IMG/VR virus record: IMGVR_UViG_3300038960_000189
Length of the DNA stretch: 64,000 nucleotides
Direction: 5' to 3' (one strand)
From: an uncultured virus (IMG/VR IMGVR_UViG_3300038960_000189)
Lineage: Duplodnaviria; Heunggongvirae; Uroviricota; Caudoviricetes
Shown here: positions 38,780 through 48,789 of the stretch, one piece after another
How positions within the stretch are numbered: the first letter of the stretch is position 1
Layout: every line of letters begins with the position of its first letter
Notes under the pieces: generated by a model
What the model was told of the DNA's origin: nothing
Seen by the model: the letters and a program-made list of their open reading frames with translations, nothing else
Databases searched by the model: none
Position numbers and translations under genes: made by a program

Positions 38780-40317
38780 TGAGCCATACGTTTTCTTTCA
38801 CCAGAAGCTGTTTTTGCAATTTTTGCTAATTTGGCAATTGACATTTTTTGACTGACACCGACTTTCTTTGATAATCCTTTTCTGCCTGGATTCTTACCAT
38901 CTGCAAAATTTTCTTCTACGCCATCAGAAATATCTCTATAATTTACTGCAGGTGGATATGAGTTCATTTTCTTTAAAGCAGCTGCTTTTGTATCATATGG
39001 ACCAAATTCTTGTTTTATTCCTTTTCTAAAAGGGTTGTCTTGTCTAAAATAATATTTATCACCTCGCTTTTCAATTGCTCGGTATCTAGATCCAGATCCA
39101 GATGTTGAAAATCCTTTTAATTCATTTTTTAAACGTTTAGTCTTTTCTTTTGACGCTTCTTTTCTTTTTTTAATATATTCATATGCAGTTTTCAGTCGCT
39201 TCTTTTTTTCTGGATCTTTTGTTCTTTCTACTGCGACTCTAAGACGTTGATGTATCAAATTAATTATTTGTGATTGTCGTTTATGTGATTTAGATTTAAA
39301 TGAAGATTTATTTAATGTATCAACAACATCTTGTTTTGTTTTAAATTTAACTGATACTGTGTCGTCTGGATTTTCATCTGTGTACAATCTTCTTCCAGAG
39401 CCTTTAGGTTTTTTACCAGTTCCTTTTTTTGGATCTTCATTCACTAATTTATACCCAATTATTTCGTCATCTTCTTTTTCTTCTTCACTTCTCCCATGTC
39501 CTATTGATTTTGTAGGAGTCTTACCTGGTCCTTTTTTGAAATTAGTTTTATGACCTGGCTCGCCAAATGGACCTCCATAGTTTGAATATGAATCTCTTTC
39601 ACCAAATGGGCCTTTCGGCCATTGTTCATCTAATGATGGTGTTAATTGTATTAATGTAATATCTTTTTCTAAATCACTTAATTTTTCTAAATGTCCTGAA
39701 TTACGTAATGATTTAAATGCTAAATTTTCAATTGAATATTCACCAACAGATTCTAAACCTGTTTGTCGTAATTGTTTTAATCGACTTTTTAAATTTTTTA
39801 TTTTATCTAAAAGATTATCTTCATATGGATCCAATTCATCTATTTCATATTTATAAGGATCAGCTTTACGATCTATTGCAGCATCTTCTATAGAAACAAC
39901 ATCTGGTTCTGGCTTTTTTACCCAGTCATCGTTGAACAATGAGTATACGCCCGTTGAGGTATGTGGCTCATTTGAATCTTGTGCATATAACTCAATATTC
40001 ATTCCTTTATATTTGATAGGATATGTATTGTTCCAAATGCTTTTTTTAGCCTGCATTAATTCACGAACTAATAAAAAGTTGTCATTTATATCATAATAGT
40101 TAATAATTAAATGTAGATCAATATCAGAATGTTTTGTCCAATTATAGTTTGCATTACTACCAGTAAGTGTAACATCTTTGATTTCTGCATCAATTCCTAG
40201 AAACTTGTAGAAAGCATCGGCAATTCTTAATAACTGACTTCGCAGTTTCTCATTGAATTTTCCGTCTATCCAAAGCTTTGGATTTAGCTCGTTCTGTGTC
40301 TGATATTCTTGTAGCAT
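38734..40317 (-). CDS. Pol-beta-like nucleotidyltransferase domain fused to basic C-terminal modules
   Basis: LTGSNANYNWTKHSDIDLH (GS...DxD), IELYAQD. Confidence 0.8.
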   Translation of the reverse strand: MLQEYQTQNELNPKLWIDGKFNEKLRSQLLRIADAFYKFLGIDAEIKDVTLTGSNANYNWTKHSDIDLHLIINYYDINDNFLLVRELMQAKKSIWNNTYPIKYKGMNIELYAQDSNEPHTSTGVYSLFNDDWVKKPEPDVVSIEDAAIDRKADPYKYEIDELDPYEDNLLDKIKNLKSRLKQLRQTGLESVGEYSIENLAFKSLRNSGHLEKLSDLEKDITLIQLTPSLDEQWPKGPFGERDSYSNYGGPFGEPGHKTNFKKGPGKTPTKSIGHGRSEEEKEDDEIIGYKLVNEDPKKGTGKKPKGSGRRLYTDENPDDTVSVKFKTKQDVVDTLNKSSFKSKSHKRQSQIINLIHQRLRVAVERTKDPEKKKRLKTAYEYIKKRKEASKEKTKRLKNELKGFSTSGSGSRYRAIEKRGDKYYFRQDNPFRKGIKQEFGPYDTKAAALKKMNSYPPAVNYRDISDGVEENFADGKNPGRKGLSKKVGVSQKMSIAKLAKIAKTASGERKRMAQWNLNMKRGRNKKKK

Positions 40318-40332
40318 TTAATATAAATATAT

Positions 40333-40680
40333 CTACTTCCAAAACAACTGTATTGCAATGATTCCAAATCCTAACAATAACGAGACTGCAGTTTTAAGTG
40401 TGATTCCTTCACCACGAAAAAAATATGTAAATGCGGTAAATATTAATATACCAGATACAAATGATACAAATCTTCCTGGCCAAAATAAGTCATTGAATCC
40501 AGTAACAGCAAACCTTGTTGCTTCCATAAATAAAAATGTAATAGGAATACCACATAACATTAACAACATTTTATATTTTTTAGCCCATGGCCAAATCAAT
40601 GGACCATTAACTTGTATCCAAACTAATCCTTGTCCAAGAATAAATAATAGTACAGAGAATAAGATTAATCGGTAGTTCAT
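40333..40680 (-). CDS. four-TM membrane protein
   Basis: Four hydrophobic helices, SMR/DMT-like size. Confidence 0.65.
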   Translation of the reverse strand: MNYRLILFSVLLFILGQGLVWIQVNGPLIWPWAKKYKMLLMLCGIPITFLFMEATRFAVTGFNDLFWPGRFVSFVSGILIFTAFTYFFRGEGITLKTAVSLLLGFGIIAIQLFWK

Positions 40681-40723
40681 AGTGATACTTTAATTAAAAT
40701 ATAAGAAAAAAAGATTAAGATTC

Positions 40724-41116
40724 CTATCTTTTTCGTTTATTAGAAATTTTTTGTATAATTATTTGCGGTTCTTGATTTTGAAGTTCTTCTAATTGTTTAT
40801 TTAACTCTTCAAATTTCCTATCATTTTCAGTTCCATCTTTTAACATACTAGATGTTATTTTAATCTCTTCGCTTAATATATCGATTGTTTGTTCAATCAT
40901 ATGTATTCGTTCTGTCAAAGTTAATATAGATTTTTCATTCCATTCTTCTCGAAGATCATATTCAATTCTTTTTACTTCAGCTGGAGGCATTTTTTTAGCT
41001 TCTTCTATATCTGCCTGTAATGTATAATACATTCCAACAAAAGACGCAGTTACTAATATAATTGCTACTATTGTTTTTAAATCTAGTTTTAATACTGTAT
41101 TTTCACTTAACTTCAA
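40724..41116 (-). CDS. TM + coiled-coil protein (possible lysis accessory)
   Basis: N-terminal TM, heptads, adjacent to holin/endolysin candidates. Confidence 0.55.
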   Translation of the reverse strand: MKLSENTVLKLDLKTIVAIILVTASFVGMYYTLQADIEEAKKMPPAEVKRIEYDLREEWNEKSILTLTERIHMIEQTIDILSEEIKITSSMLKDGTENDRKFEELNKQLEELQNQEPQIIIQKISNKRKR

Positions 41117-41376
41117 CTTTTCTTCCCAAATACTTTACCAGCTTCTGATATTCCGAAGCTCCCTAATGTTACTATTAAAAATGAATTGTAAATAAATTCT
41201 TGTACTTCTAAATCATGTCCGAAAAATCCAGATATGATATCTATAAGCATAGTTATTACCATTATTGCAAAAGAAATAAATCCAATTACATTTTTTTCAT
41301 CAATGTCATTTTTATCTTTAAAGATGTCTACAAATGCCATAATTTTCTCCTTCATAAAAATGAGTAACTTATTCAT
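41113..41376 (-). CDS. two-TM holin-like protein
   Basis: Two TM helices, immediately downstream of the putative endolysin. Confidence 0.5.
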   Translation of the reverse strand: MNKLLIFMKEKIMAFVDIFKDKNDIDEKNVIGFISFAIMVITMLIDIISGFFGHDLEVQEFIYNSFLIVTLGSFGISEAGKVFGKKS

Positions 41377-41417
41377 AAATAAAACCTTTATTTTATAATT
41401 ATATAGTTTTTAACATT

Positions 41418-42044
41418 TCAACTATTTTCTATTGTTATATCGCTACTTTCAATTAATGTATATGTAAAGCTATCACCCCAAACTGCTTTTGCTTTATAAC
41501 ATATATCCATAAATGTATTAAAATCATCAACTTTTTTAAATACTTGACATCCAGCTGACCATTTGTTTACATAATATGATTCGGTATAAGGATTTGATCT
41601 ATGAATATTAATACCATATATACCTTCAGTTATCGTTTCCTCATCTGTATCATAAATATTATCACGATCATTGTCTCTATAAACCTTTACTGGCTTTTTT
41701 TGTCCTAAAGCTTCATATTTTCCTTGATGCTTTCTAATTTTATGTGAGCCTCTATATTGTCCAGGAACTAGTATTGCACAGCCATCTTTATTCATAGGAT
41801 TATTCATCCAATATTGGCCTGGATCTGTTGTTGCTTCCCAACAATGAAATTTCCATACGCCATCTACTTTATAAGACAATGTTAGACAATCATCAAAATG
41901 ATTTGTAATCTGTTCTCCAACTTTTGAGTTTCTAACTCCTACGATATTAACATCATAATCTTTATTTAAGGAGCCTCCTGTAAACCATTTATATCCTTTT
42001 GATATCATTGCTTTTTGAATTTGTTCTCTTGTATAACAACTCAT
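41418..42044 (-). CDS. putative endolysin / cell-wall peptidase (L,D-transpeptidase-like HxxxSxGC site)
   Basis: ATTDPG, LVPGQY, GINIHR...WSAGCQVF, FTYTLI. Confidence 0.65.
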   Translation of the reverse strand: MSCYTREQIQKAMISKGYKWFTGGSLNKDYDVNIVGVRNSKVGEQITNHFDDCLTLSYKVDGVWKFHCWEATTDPGQYWMNNPMNKDGCAILVPGQYRGSHKIRKHQGKYEALGQKKPVKVYRDNDRDNIYDTDEETITEGIYGINIHRSNPYTESYYVNKWSAGCQVFKKVDDFNTFMDICYKAKAVWGDSFTYTLIESSDITIENS

Positions 42045-42053
42045 ACTATCCTT

Positions 42054-42800
42054 TTATTTTAATGTTTTATTATATTGTATAATTAAGTCTCTACGTAATA
42101 GTTTCACAGTTACAAATCCGGTAAATAATAATATTATTGATACAGTATCAACTGCATATCCCGATGTTTGAATATTAAAATTCCATAAACCATGAAACAT
42201 ACACGCAGTTATAAATCCTATAGTCCAATATGCAAATTTCTTTACTAATGGCTTTTTAAATAAATATACATTTGCCGTATTTCTATCAAAATAATTTGAT
42301 ATACGTAATCTACTTAACGAAATCCAATACCCAAATAACAATCCACAAAACATATGAACTATTGTAGGACCTAAGATTCTTGGCATGATTACACTAGGAC
42401 CATATGATGATACGTATGCAATGTTTTCAATAAATGCAAATCCTAATCCAATTATTGCAAAATAATACATATATGAAATTGGATGTAATTCATATTCATT
42501 ATCTAGATTTTTATATACAATAAAAAACATAATATATTTACATAATTCTTCTTGCGGAGCAACGGTCAAGAATTGTTGATGTATCGGACTAATTATATTG
42601 ATACTATTCCATAATGGAAAGAATGCGTGTATTAAATCTAAACATACTGGAGCAAATATTCCTGCAACAAAAAATGCAAGGCAATATTTTAAACTTATTG
42701 TTTTAAATGGCGATGTTAAATAAATAATAAAAAGATAGAACAATACTGGTAATAATGTAGCCGACGCCAATGCTATGTCGAACTCTAATATCATATACAT
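42054..42800 (-). CDS. PrsW-family intramembrane glutamic protease
   Basis: APQEELCK, GLGFAFIEN, VHM and FHGLWN motifs; multiple TMs. Confidence 0.9.
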   Translation of the reverse strand: MYMILEFDIALASATLLPVLFYLFIIYLTSPFKTISLKYCLAFFVAGIFAPVCLDLIHAFFPLWNSINIISPIHQQFLTVAPQEELCKYIMFFIVYKNLDNEYELHPISYMYYFAIIGLGFAFIENIAYVSSYGPSVIMPRILGPTIVHMFCGLLFGYWISLSRLRISNYFDRNTANVYLFKKPLVKKFAYWTIGFITACMFHGLWNFNIQTSGYAVDTVSIILLFTGFVTVKLLRRDLIIQYNKTLK

Positions 42801-42846
42801 ATAAATATTTTAACATTGATATAATGTCCATATATATGATAGTTTT

Positions 42847-43644
42847 TTAAATATATTTTTGATTATTAGAAGAATCGTGCTTAATAAAGTCGCCCCATTT
42901 ATATTTTGCATACATGTGACCTTTTTGTTCTGCCTGTCTCCTAGCTTCTCCATTTGCTGAAATTGAAGCAAAGTGATAGAAGTTTGTATCCATAGTTCTA
43001 CACATTTTCAAGTCTGCTAAATTACATTTCAGAAAGAAATCCCAATCAGCTACCATTCCTAATTCATAATTTTCATCCCAGCCACCCAATTTCAAATAGT
43101 CATGCTTGTACATCATAATAGGTAAAGTAGATCCATTCCAATTATGTCCTGATTTTACTATGTTTTCCTCAAATTCCCAAAAACGTTCTAAATCAAAACT
43201 TTCAACATCAGTGCCTAGATTTTTTATTACAAAATCTTTGAACATGGAAGGATATGGTTCTATTTGATTAGGCGTTAACACAATTGAATATAATCCTTCA
43301 AAATCATCCCAGTATGCACTATTTTTATCATAACTATTCCATTCTGATTCTAATCTAATATCCCATTCTAATGGAAATACATTATCATCATTAACAATAA
43401 GAATTTTATCATGTTTTGCATTCATTACACCTAAATTAGTTCCTCGACATAACCCTTGATTAGTTTCTAAATTTAAAACATCAATATTGTCTTTCCATTT
43501 TTCTATAACTTCTTTATTTAAGTCATAATGGCCATCAACTACTACTATAATTTGATTTATGTCGTCTTGACCTAGAATCGCTGATTCTAAACATAGATTT
43601 AAATATTCTGGAGATTTATATGTTGGTATAATTACTGATATCAT
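42847..43644 (-). CDS. GT2 glycosyltransferase
   Basis: MISVIIPTY, IIVVVDG, VNDD, LGGWDE, DWDF. Confidence 0.9.
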   Translation of the reverse strand: MISVIIPTYKSPEYLNLCLESAILGQDDINQIIVVVDGHYDLNKEVIEKWKDNIDVLNLETNQGLCRGTNLGVMNAKHDKILIVNDDNVFPLEWDIRLESEWNSYDKNSAYWDDFEGLYSIVLTPNQIEPYPSMFKDFVIKNLGTDVESFDLERFWEFEENIVKSGHNWNGSTLPIMMYKHDYLKLGGWDENYELGMVADWDFFLKCNLADLKMCRTMDTNFYHFASISANGEARRQAEQKGHMYAKYKWGDFIKHDSSNNQKYI

Positions 43645-44330
43645 ATTTTACTCCAATCTGTTAAAGGTGCTAGCCAATATGTTTCACCATGTGTTGCATA
43701 ACCTGGCAACGGAGTTATTAGTAATTCTCCATGAGATCTAAGTTCTAAAAACATTTTAAAATCTTCTGGATGGGTGCCTGCTGTATATTTTCTTAATGTT
43801 GACTCAACACGTTTTAATGTAGATACCTTTGATGCAAAAGTCATTGTTGTTGAATTAGTTATTTTCCAATGAGATGAATCTGTTAAGTACACTCTCGTAT
43901 CTTCCCCTCCTCCTTCACAATATGGATTTCCTCCAAGTATTGGATCTAAATATTTATCTGGGTGATCATATAATGCTACAAATGCTGCCCCTAATGAAAA
44001 TCCTTCTTGTAATATTTTCTGTGAATTAGGCTTATGCAAATAATCATTTTCTAAGAAGTAAACAATTTCATCATCATCATAGCTTAATGCTTCATCTAAT
44101 GCTAAATTAAAAGTACCAGCACCATGACCCACTGAAACATAATTTATATAGTTTCTAGATTTATATTTTTGGATCATATTATTTGTTTCTTCAGATACAT
44201 TATCTGCTATAATAGACCAATCTGCATCTTTAAATACTTTAGTAGCATTAGCTAAACATTTTTCATTGTTTATATATTCTGGCTTTTCTTTTACATAACC
44301 AGCGTCTGATATTCTATAAATTATTTTCAT
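43641..44330 (-). CDS. GT-A fold glycosyltransferase
   Basis: IVYFLENDYLH (DxD-like). Confidence 0.7.
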   Translation of the reverse strand: MKIIYRISDAGYVKEKPEYINNEKCLANATKVFKDADWSIIADNVSEETNNMIQKYKSRNYINYVSVGHGAGTFNLALDEALSYDDDEIVYFLENDYLHKPNSQKILQEGFSLGAAFVALYDHPDKYLDPILGGNPYCEGGGEDTRVYLTDSSHWKITNSTTMTFASKVSTLKRVESTLRKYTAGTHPEDFKMFLELRSHGELLITPLPGYATHGETYWLAPLTDWSKI

Positions 44331-45094
44331 ACTGTCTCAAATTCATAGTTATTAACAAAACATTTTCCATTAAATGGTCTAGAAAATTCTTGTTCTACCA
44401 TTTCTATCCAATTTCTATCATTATTATGACCCCATGTTGATACTTTCTTTAACATTTCTTCTTTTGTACGTACCCAACTATAATGATGTATCATAGGAGT
44501 ATTATCTAATCCATTTACAGCTCTAATTTTTCTAACATCTAATGCTTCGTGACATTGTTCTCGTCCAGCTGACAAATTTGGGTTAATAACTGTATTTCGT
44601 CCGTCAGTTACCAGGTTTTTACGAACTAATACAATACTATCTTCATATGTTTTAGCTCTATAACATGTTTCCCGAAAATACCAATAATTAGACAATCTTA
44701 TTGAATCATAATGCTCGTATTGTTTTGAATCAATCCATTCTTGAAATTTTATAGGATCTATAATTTCATCTGTGTCTAAATATAATATCCAATCATTTTC
44801 GTTACTAACTTCTAATGTACTTAATATCCTTGTTATACCTTCCCAATAAAACGTATTATATCCTGGAGACCATTCAAATGTACCAAATTTAACAGATGGG
44901 TATTTTTCTATAACTTCAATACTCTTTTTTAACAGTTCTTGGTTTTCTGAATCGCCGTTCCAATAATGATCACACATTGATATAATTACTTCGTTAGAAA
45001 CTTTAGTTACGTTTTGTAAACATAAATCTAACCAACGATAATCCATTGTTGAATATAATAATACTGTTGAAATTTTCATACCATTGATATCCAT
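44327..45094 (-). CDS. GT-A fold glycosyltransferase
   Basis: DWILYLDTDE, IHHYSWVR. Confidence 0.75.
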   Translation of the reverse strand: MDINGMKISTVLLYSTMDYRWLDLCLQNVTKVSNEVIISMCDHYWNGDSENQELLKKSIEVIEKYPSVKFGTFEWSPGYNTFYWEGITRILSTLEVSNENDWILYLDTDEIIDPIKFQEWIDSKQYEHYDSIRLSNYWYFRETCYRAKTYEDSIVLVRKNLVTDGRNTVINPNLSAGREQCHEALDVRKIRAVNGLDNTPMIHHYSWVRTKEEMLKKVSTWGHNNDRNWIEMVEQEFSRPFNGKCFVNNYEFETV

Positions 45095-45834
45095 TTATTC
45101 ATTTCTTCTTGGGTTCCTCTCATTTTAGCTCGACCTTTTTCACCATTAATATATACGCCAGGTAAATGCTCTATCAAATTTTCATCAAATTCCGAGATAC
45201 AAACTACCTTTTCCCAATTACTAAATTCAAATAGATCTGTATTTACTCTACATTTTACGCTATATGTCAATGTTTTAACAATATTAGATTGAAGATTTGT
45301 AAAATATTCTGAATTATATCTAATAACACGATCTAGTTGTGATTTAGTTATGAAATAGCTAGCTTGATGTACATTTGATAATCTGCAGAATTCAAAATTA
45401 GAATATATTTCTTTTGAGTTGGGTATTAAATGATTATGACCAAATCCGAATGCACAATAATATTTTTTATTATCTTTTCCTTGTTCATACTGTATTAATC
45501 CAGGAATACGATTTTCTGGAAGTATTTTTGTATATTTTAAATGATTATCAATATGATGCTCTTTCCATAAGTGATCATTCTCAGTATAAATAAATCCATC
45601 AAAATCATTGCGATAATGATATATAACTTGTTTACATGTTGCAGGAAGATGCTGATAATTATCTAGTTTAATAATATTTAGATAATCTATACCAGAAATT
45701 GATAGTTCAATGTTACTATTTACTATTACAGTAACATCATATTTTTTAAATGATTTTAGTTCATGAACTACTTGTTCCAAATAGTTTAACTGTTCATCGC
45801 CATAGTTTACTATAACTGCTAATATTTTTTTCAT
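45076..45834 (-). CDS. GT-A fold glycosyltransferase-like protein
   Basis: ILAVIVNY, FIYTEND, LIEHLP. Confidence 0.6.
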   Translation of the reverse strand: MKKILAVIVNYGDEQLNYLEQVVHELKSFKKYDVTVIVNSNIELSISGIDYLNIIKLDNYQHLPATCKQVIYHYRNDFDGFIYTENDHLWKEHHIDNHLKYTKILPENRIPGLIQYEQGKDNKKYYCAFGFGHNHLIPNSKEIYSNFEFCRLSNVHQASYFITKSQLDRVIRYNSEYFTNLQSNIVKTLTYSVKCRVNTDLFEFSNWEKVVCISEFDENLIEHLPGVYINGEKGRAKMRGTQEEMNKWISMV

Positions 45835-46436
45835 AACACGTAACCATATTTTTTAGATAATTTTTTTAATTTAGGAAAACTATTAGATTCTTTTAATTGA
45901 TTTATATTAAAGTTTTCATATTGTGCAGCTCTTGAATTATACTTTTTATTAGGATAAATATTAAGTTTATAATGCGTAGAAAGATCTTCAATTGATATTA
46001 GATTAGAGGTTATATTTTCTATAGACAAATTCCAATTTACCCAAAACTCAATACTTCGGGTAAGTTTGTCTAACTCAGGAGATAAATTTAAACACTTATT
46101 TATATAATTCCAAGATGTATTAGAAATAGTTTGTAACGATGAAATAACATTCAGCGGATGTCTATGAAGATGAATAAATTCTATTGAATCCATGTTGAAT
46201 TCGTTGATGACTTCATTAAGGGAAGGACCGTAAAGCTTAGAATCAGGTAAACTTGGAAATAAACACCAGGAGGAAATACCATCACTCCCTAGTATTTCAT
46301 GATTTACCTGAATGTTATTGTATTTAAATAACATGGAAGCATACCCTGTACCACTTCTCGGACATCCCAATATTACATACTTTTTTTTCATAATAATACT
46401 ATAAAATTTTTCTGCCAACCCTTTATTTCTATCCAT
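45831..46436 (-). CDS. sulfotransferase family protein
   Basis: 5'-PSB GCPRSGT, HE, 3'-PB IHLHRHPLNVISS, IEDL. Confidence 0.8.
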   Translation of the reverse strand: MDRNKGLAEKFYSIIMKKKYVILGCPRSGTGYASMLFKYNNIQVNHEILGSDGISSWCLFPSLPDSKLYGPSLNEVINEFNMDSIEFIHLHRHPLNVISSLQTISNTSWNYINKCLNLSPELDKLTRSIEFWVNWNLSIENITSNLISIEDLSTHYKLNIYPNKKYNSRAAQYENFNINQLKESNSFPKLKKLSKKYGYVL

Positions 46437-46861
46437 TTCTTATTTAAAATTTTTGCTAAATTTATAGCATGATTTCTATCTAGGGGTCTGTGTGTATCAT
46501 CTAATATTATAGGAACAGATGTGTTCAATTTCTTGATATGTTTATCAATACCAGGTCGTAATTCAGATCCAGCTGGGCCATCGATTATTATCAAATCATA
46601 ATGTTTTGGTAGTTTACTAAATACAATTTCTTCGTCGTACCAACCATTTTTTATTGGAGCATAAATATATGTAGAGTCAGGAGCTTTATCTATCCAATTC
46701 TTATTTTGCTCAACAGAATATACTTTCCAATTTTTAGTTAACTCTATAGTACCAGTTCCACTTCCAAATTCTAGGATTGTTTTATTTTTTTCCAGATGAT
46801 TTTCAATCCATACAAACATTTCAGATGAAATTGCAAAGTTATTTAAGTTGTCATTATTCAT
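46388..46861 (-). CDS. class I SAM-dependent methyltransferase
   Basis: ILEFGSGTGT, VYSVE, YDLIIIDGP, ILDDTHR. Confidence 0.85.
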   Translation of the reverse strand: MNNDNLNNFAISSEMFVWIENHLEKNKTILEFGSGTGTIELTKNWKVYSVEQNKNWIDKAPDSTYIYAPIKNGWYDEEIVFSKLPKHYDLIIIDGPAGSELRPGIDKHIKKLNTSVPIILDDTHRPLDRNHAINLAKILNKKWIEIKGWQKNFIVLL

Positions 46862-47503
46862 TTATAAATTGGATTCTATATGATTGTATAATTTATTTTG
46901 TTGCTCTTGTCTTTCGATCAATTTAGGATGATGTAATGCCAATTGTTCACTCATTGGAAGTTTTGATAATTGTTGATGACCAGAAATTCTTTCATGTACT
47001 TTACCAACCCATTTAATATTTTTATCTCGTTTATATATACGTCCTTGATAATCTGGCCAATTCACCCATCCTTGATCATTTACATTCCATCTCCATTTTT
47101 GAATATGTTCTTGTGTTATTCCTTCTACTGTATTAATTCTTGGAACAAAGATTAATTCAATTTCTGGATTCATTTCTAGTATTTCATGAAGATTATCCAT
47201 TAGTGTAGAAGATGGTAATTCGTCTGCATCAATCTGGAATATCCAATCACAATCTTCAAATAGTTCATATCCTACATTTTTAAATGTCGCAAAATCATTA
47301 TTTAATGGGGCATATGCTATTCGAATCGAATTATCTGGAAGCAGAAATTTTTCACATAATTCTCTAACTTCATTTGTATGATTATTTTCGTCTAACAATA
47401 TACCTATACAATCAGAATCTGATATATTTGTTTTCAACATTAACAAAAGTCTTGTTAATTCATTGATTTCATTACAAGCCGTTACAAAGTATCCTATTTT
47501 CAT
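46862..47503 (-). CDS. GT2 glycosyltransferase
   Basis: DFATFKN, DWIFQIDADE, PDYQGRIY, WVGKVHE. Confidence 0.9.
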   Translation of the reverse strand: MKIGYFVTACNEINELTRLLLMLKTNISDSDCIGILLDENNHTNEVRELCEKFLLPDNSIRIAYAPLNNDFATFKNVGYELFEDCDWIFQIDADELPSSTLMDNLHEILEMNPEIELIFVPRINTVEGITQEHIQKWRWNVNDQGWVNWPDYQGRIYKRDKNIKWVGKVHERISGHQQLSKLPMSEQLALHHPKLIERQEQQNKLYNHIESNL

Positions 47504-48789
47504 ACTTTTTGTAGTTTTGGTAAGTTAATCTTTTTGTCTTGAATTGTATTTAGTTTAGGCAAATTTAACTTAGGTAGTTTTAGTTCTTGCTGTTGCGGAA
47601 TACTACTAGTATTATTATCAATTATATCTAATACGTTTGAATATAATTTTTTAACAGCTGTTTTTGAAAAATTAGTTGTTACAAATTTTCGCTGTTCTAC
47701 TGCATTATCTAGGTAGTTACTATAATTTTCAAATACATCGATAAGATATTCTGAAGCTTTTTTGTAATCTGGTGTAAACCATCTAGCATCTTTAATTAGG
47801 AATTTACTTTGTGCCGTGTGATGAATGTTAGTTAATTGCCCAGGTAAATTTACAATATATTTTTCTTTAAGAAAATCAATCTGGCCGGAATAATGAGGAG
47901 CAATAATCGGCTTATCAGTTGTTGAAAACTCTAATAATGGTCTTCCAAACCCTTCTGCTTTAGTATATGATACTAATGCTTTTACTTTTTTATGATTATA
48001 CAATAAATTCATTTCCTTATCAGACAATTCTCCATGTAATAAATAGATATTTGGAAATATTGTATTTTTTGGAAATAATTCATAAATTTGATTTATTTTA
48101 GATTCGATATTACTTCTATCTACTATAGAAGAAGTCGCCCCACCAGTTTTTAATATTAAAGCCGGTACTTCTTTTTTATTTTTAAATGTTTCTATAAAAT
48201 TATGAATTAATCCACTAATATTTTTTCTATCCTCTCCTAAGGATCCTTGTAACCAATGTCCTACGAATAAATAACAAAATTCTTCTTCTATATCATTTAA
48301 AATACTTAAATTTCCTTTTTTGTTACGATTATATATTTTACTATCAAAATATTCTGACACTACTTGTATATTTGTAGTAATTGTGATATTATGCTTTTTT
48401 GCTGTGTTTATAAATACTTGCTTAGTAAATTGAGAAGGAACTATTATTAAATTCATTCTGTTAATACATTCTATCCATTCTTTTGGGCATAAATCTCCTT
48501 CTGTACCTGCTGTAACCCCAATGTTATATTTTCCAATTTTTTGAAATTCATTTGGTACCGTAATCTGTACCCAAATGTCTGGTTGTGATTGTATTGGAAT
48601 TGGAATTAATCTTTTTTGCATGGAATCATCTAGCTTATGTGTAAATGCAGTTGCACCCCATGGCATTGATATCAATTTAATATCCCATTTATTATTTTTT
48701 TGCTCTATTATGTTTTCTATAAACTCACGAGCATGAGCTCCATAGCCAGATTGTGTTGCTAGTGGACTAGATATAATACATGTTCTCAT
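47500..48789 (-). CDS. GT-B (GT4-like) glycosyltransferase
   Basis: SGYG, IIVPSQF, RKNI, EGFGRPLLE. Confidence 0.9.
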   Translation of the reverse strand: MRTCIISSPLATQSGYGAHAREFIENIIEQKNNKWDIKLISMPWGATAFTHKLDDSMQKRLIPIPIQSQPDIWVQITVPNEFQKIGKYNIGVTAGTEGDLCPKEWIECINRMNLIIVPSQFTKQVFINTAKKHNITITTNIQVVSEYFDSKIYNRNKKGNLSILNDIEEEFCYLFVGHWLQGSLGEDRKNISGLIHNFIETFKNKKEVPALILKTGGATSSIVDRSNIESKINQIYELFPKNTIFPNIYLLHGELSDKEMNLLYNHKKVKALVSYTKAEGFGRPLLEFSTTDKPIIAPHYSGQIDFLKEKYIVNLPGQLTNIHHTAQSKFLIKDARWFTPDYKKASEYLIDVFENYSNYLDNAVEQRKFVTTNFSKTAVKKLYSNVLDIIDNNTSSIPQQQELKLPKLNLPKLNTIQDKKINLPKLQKV

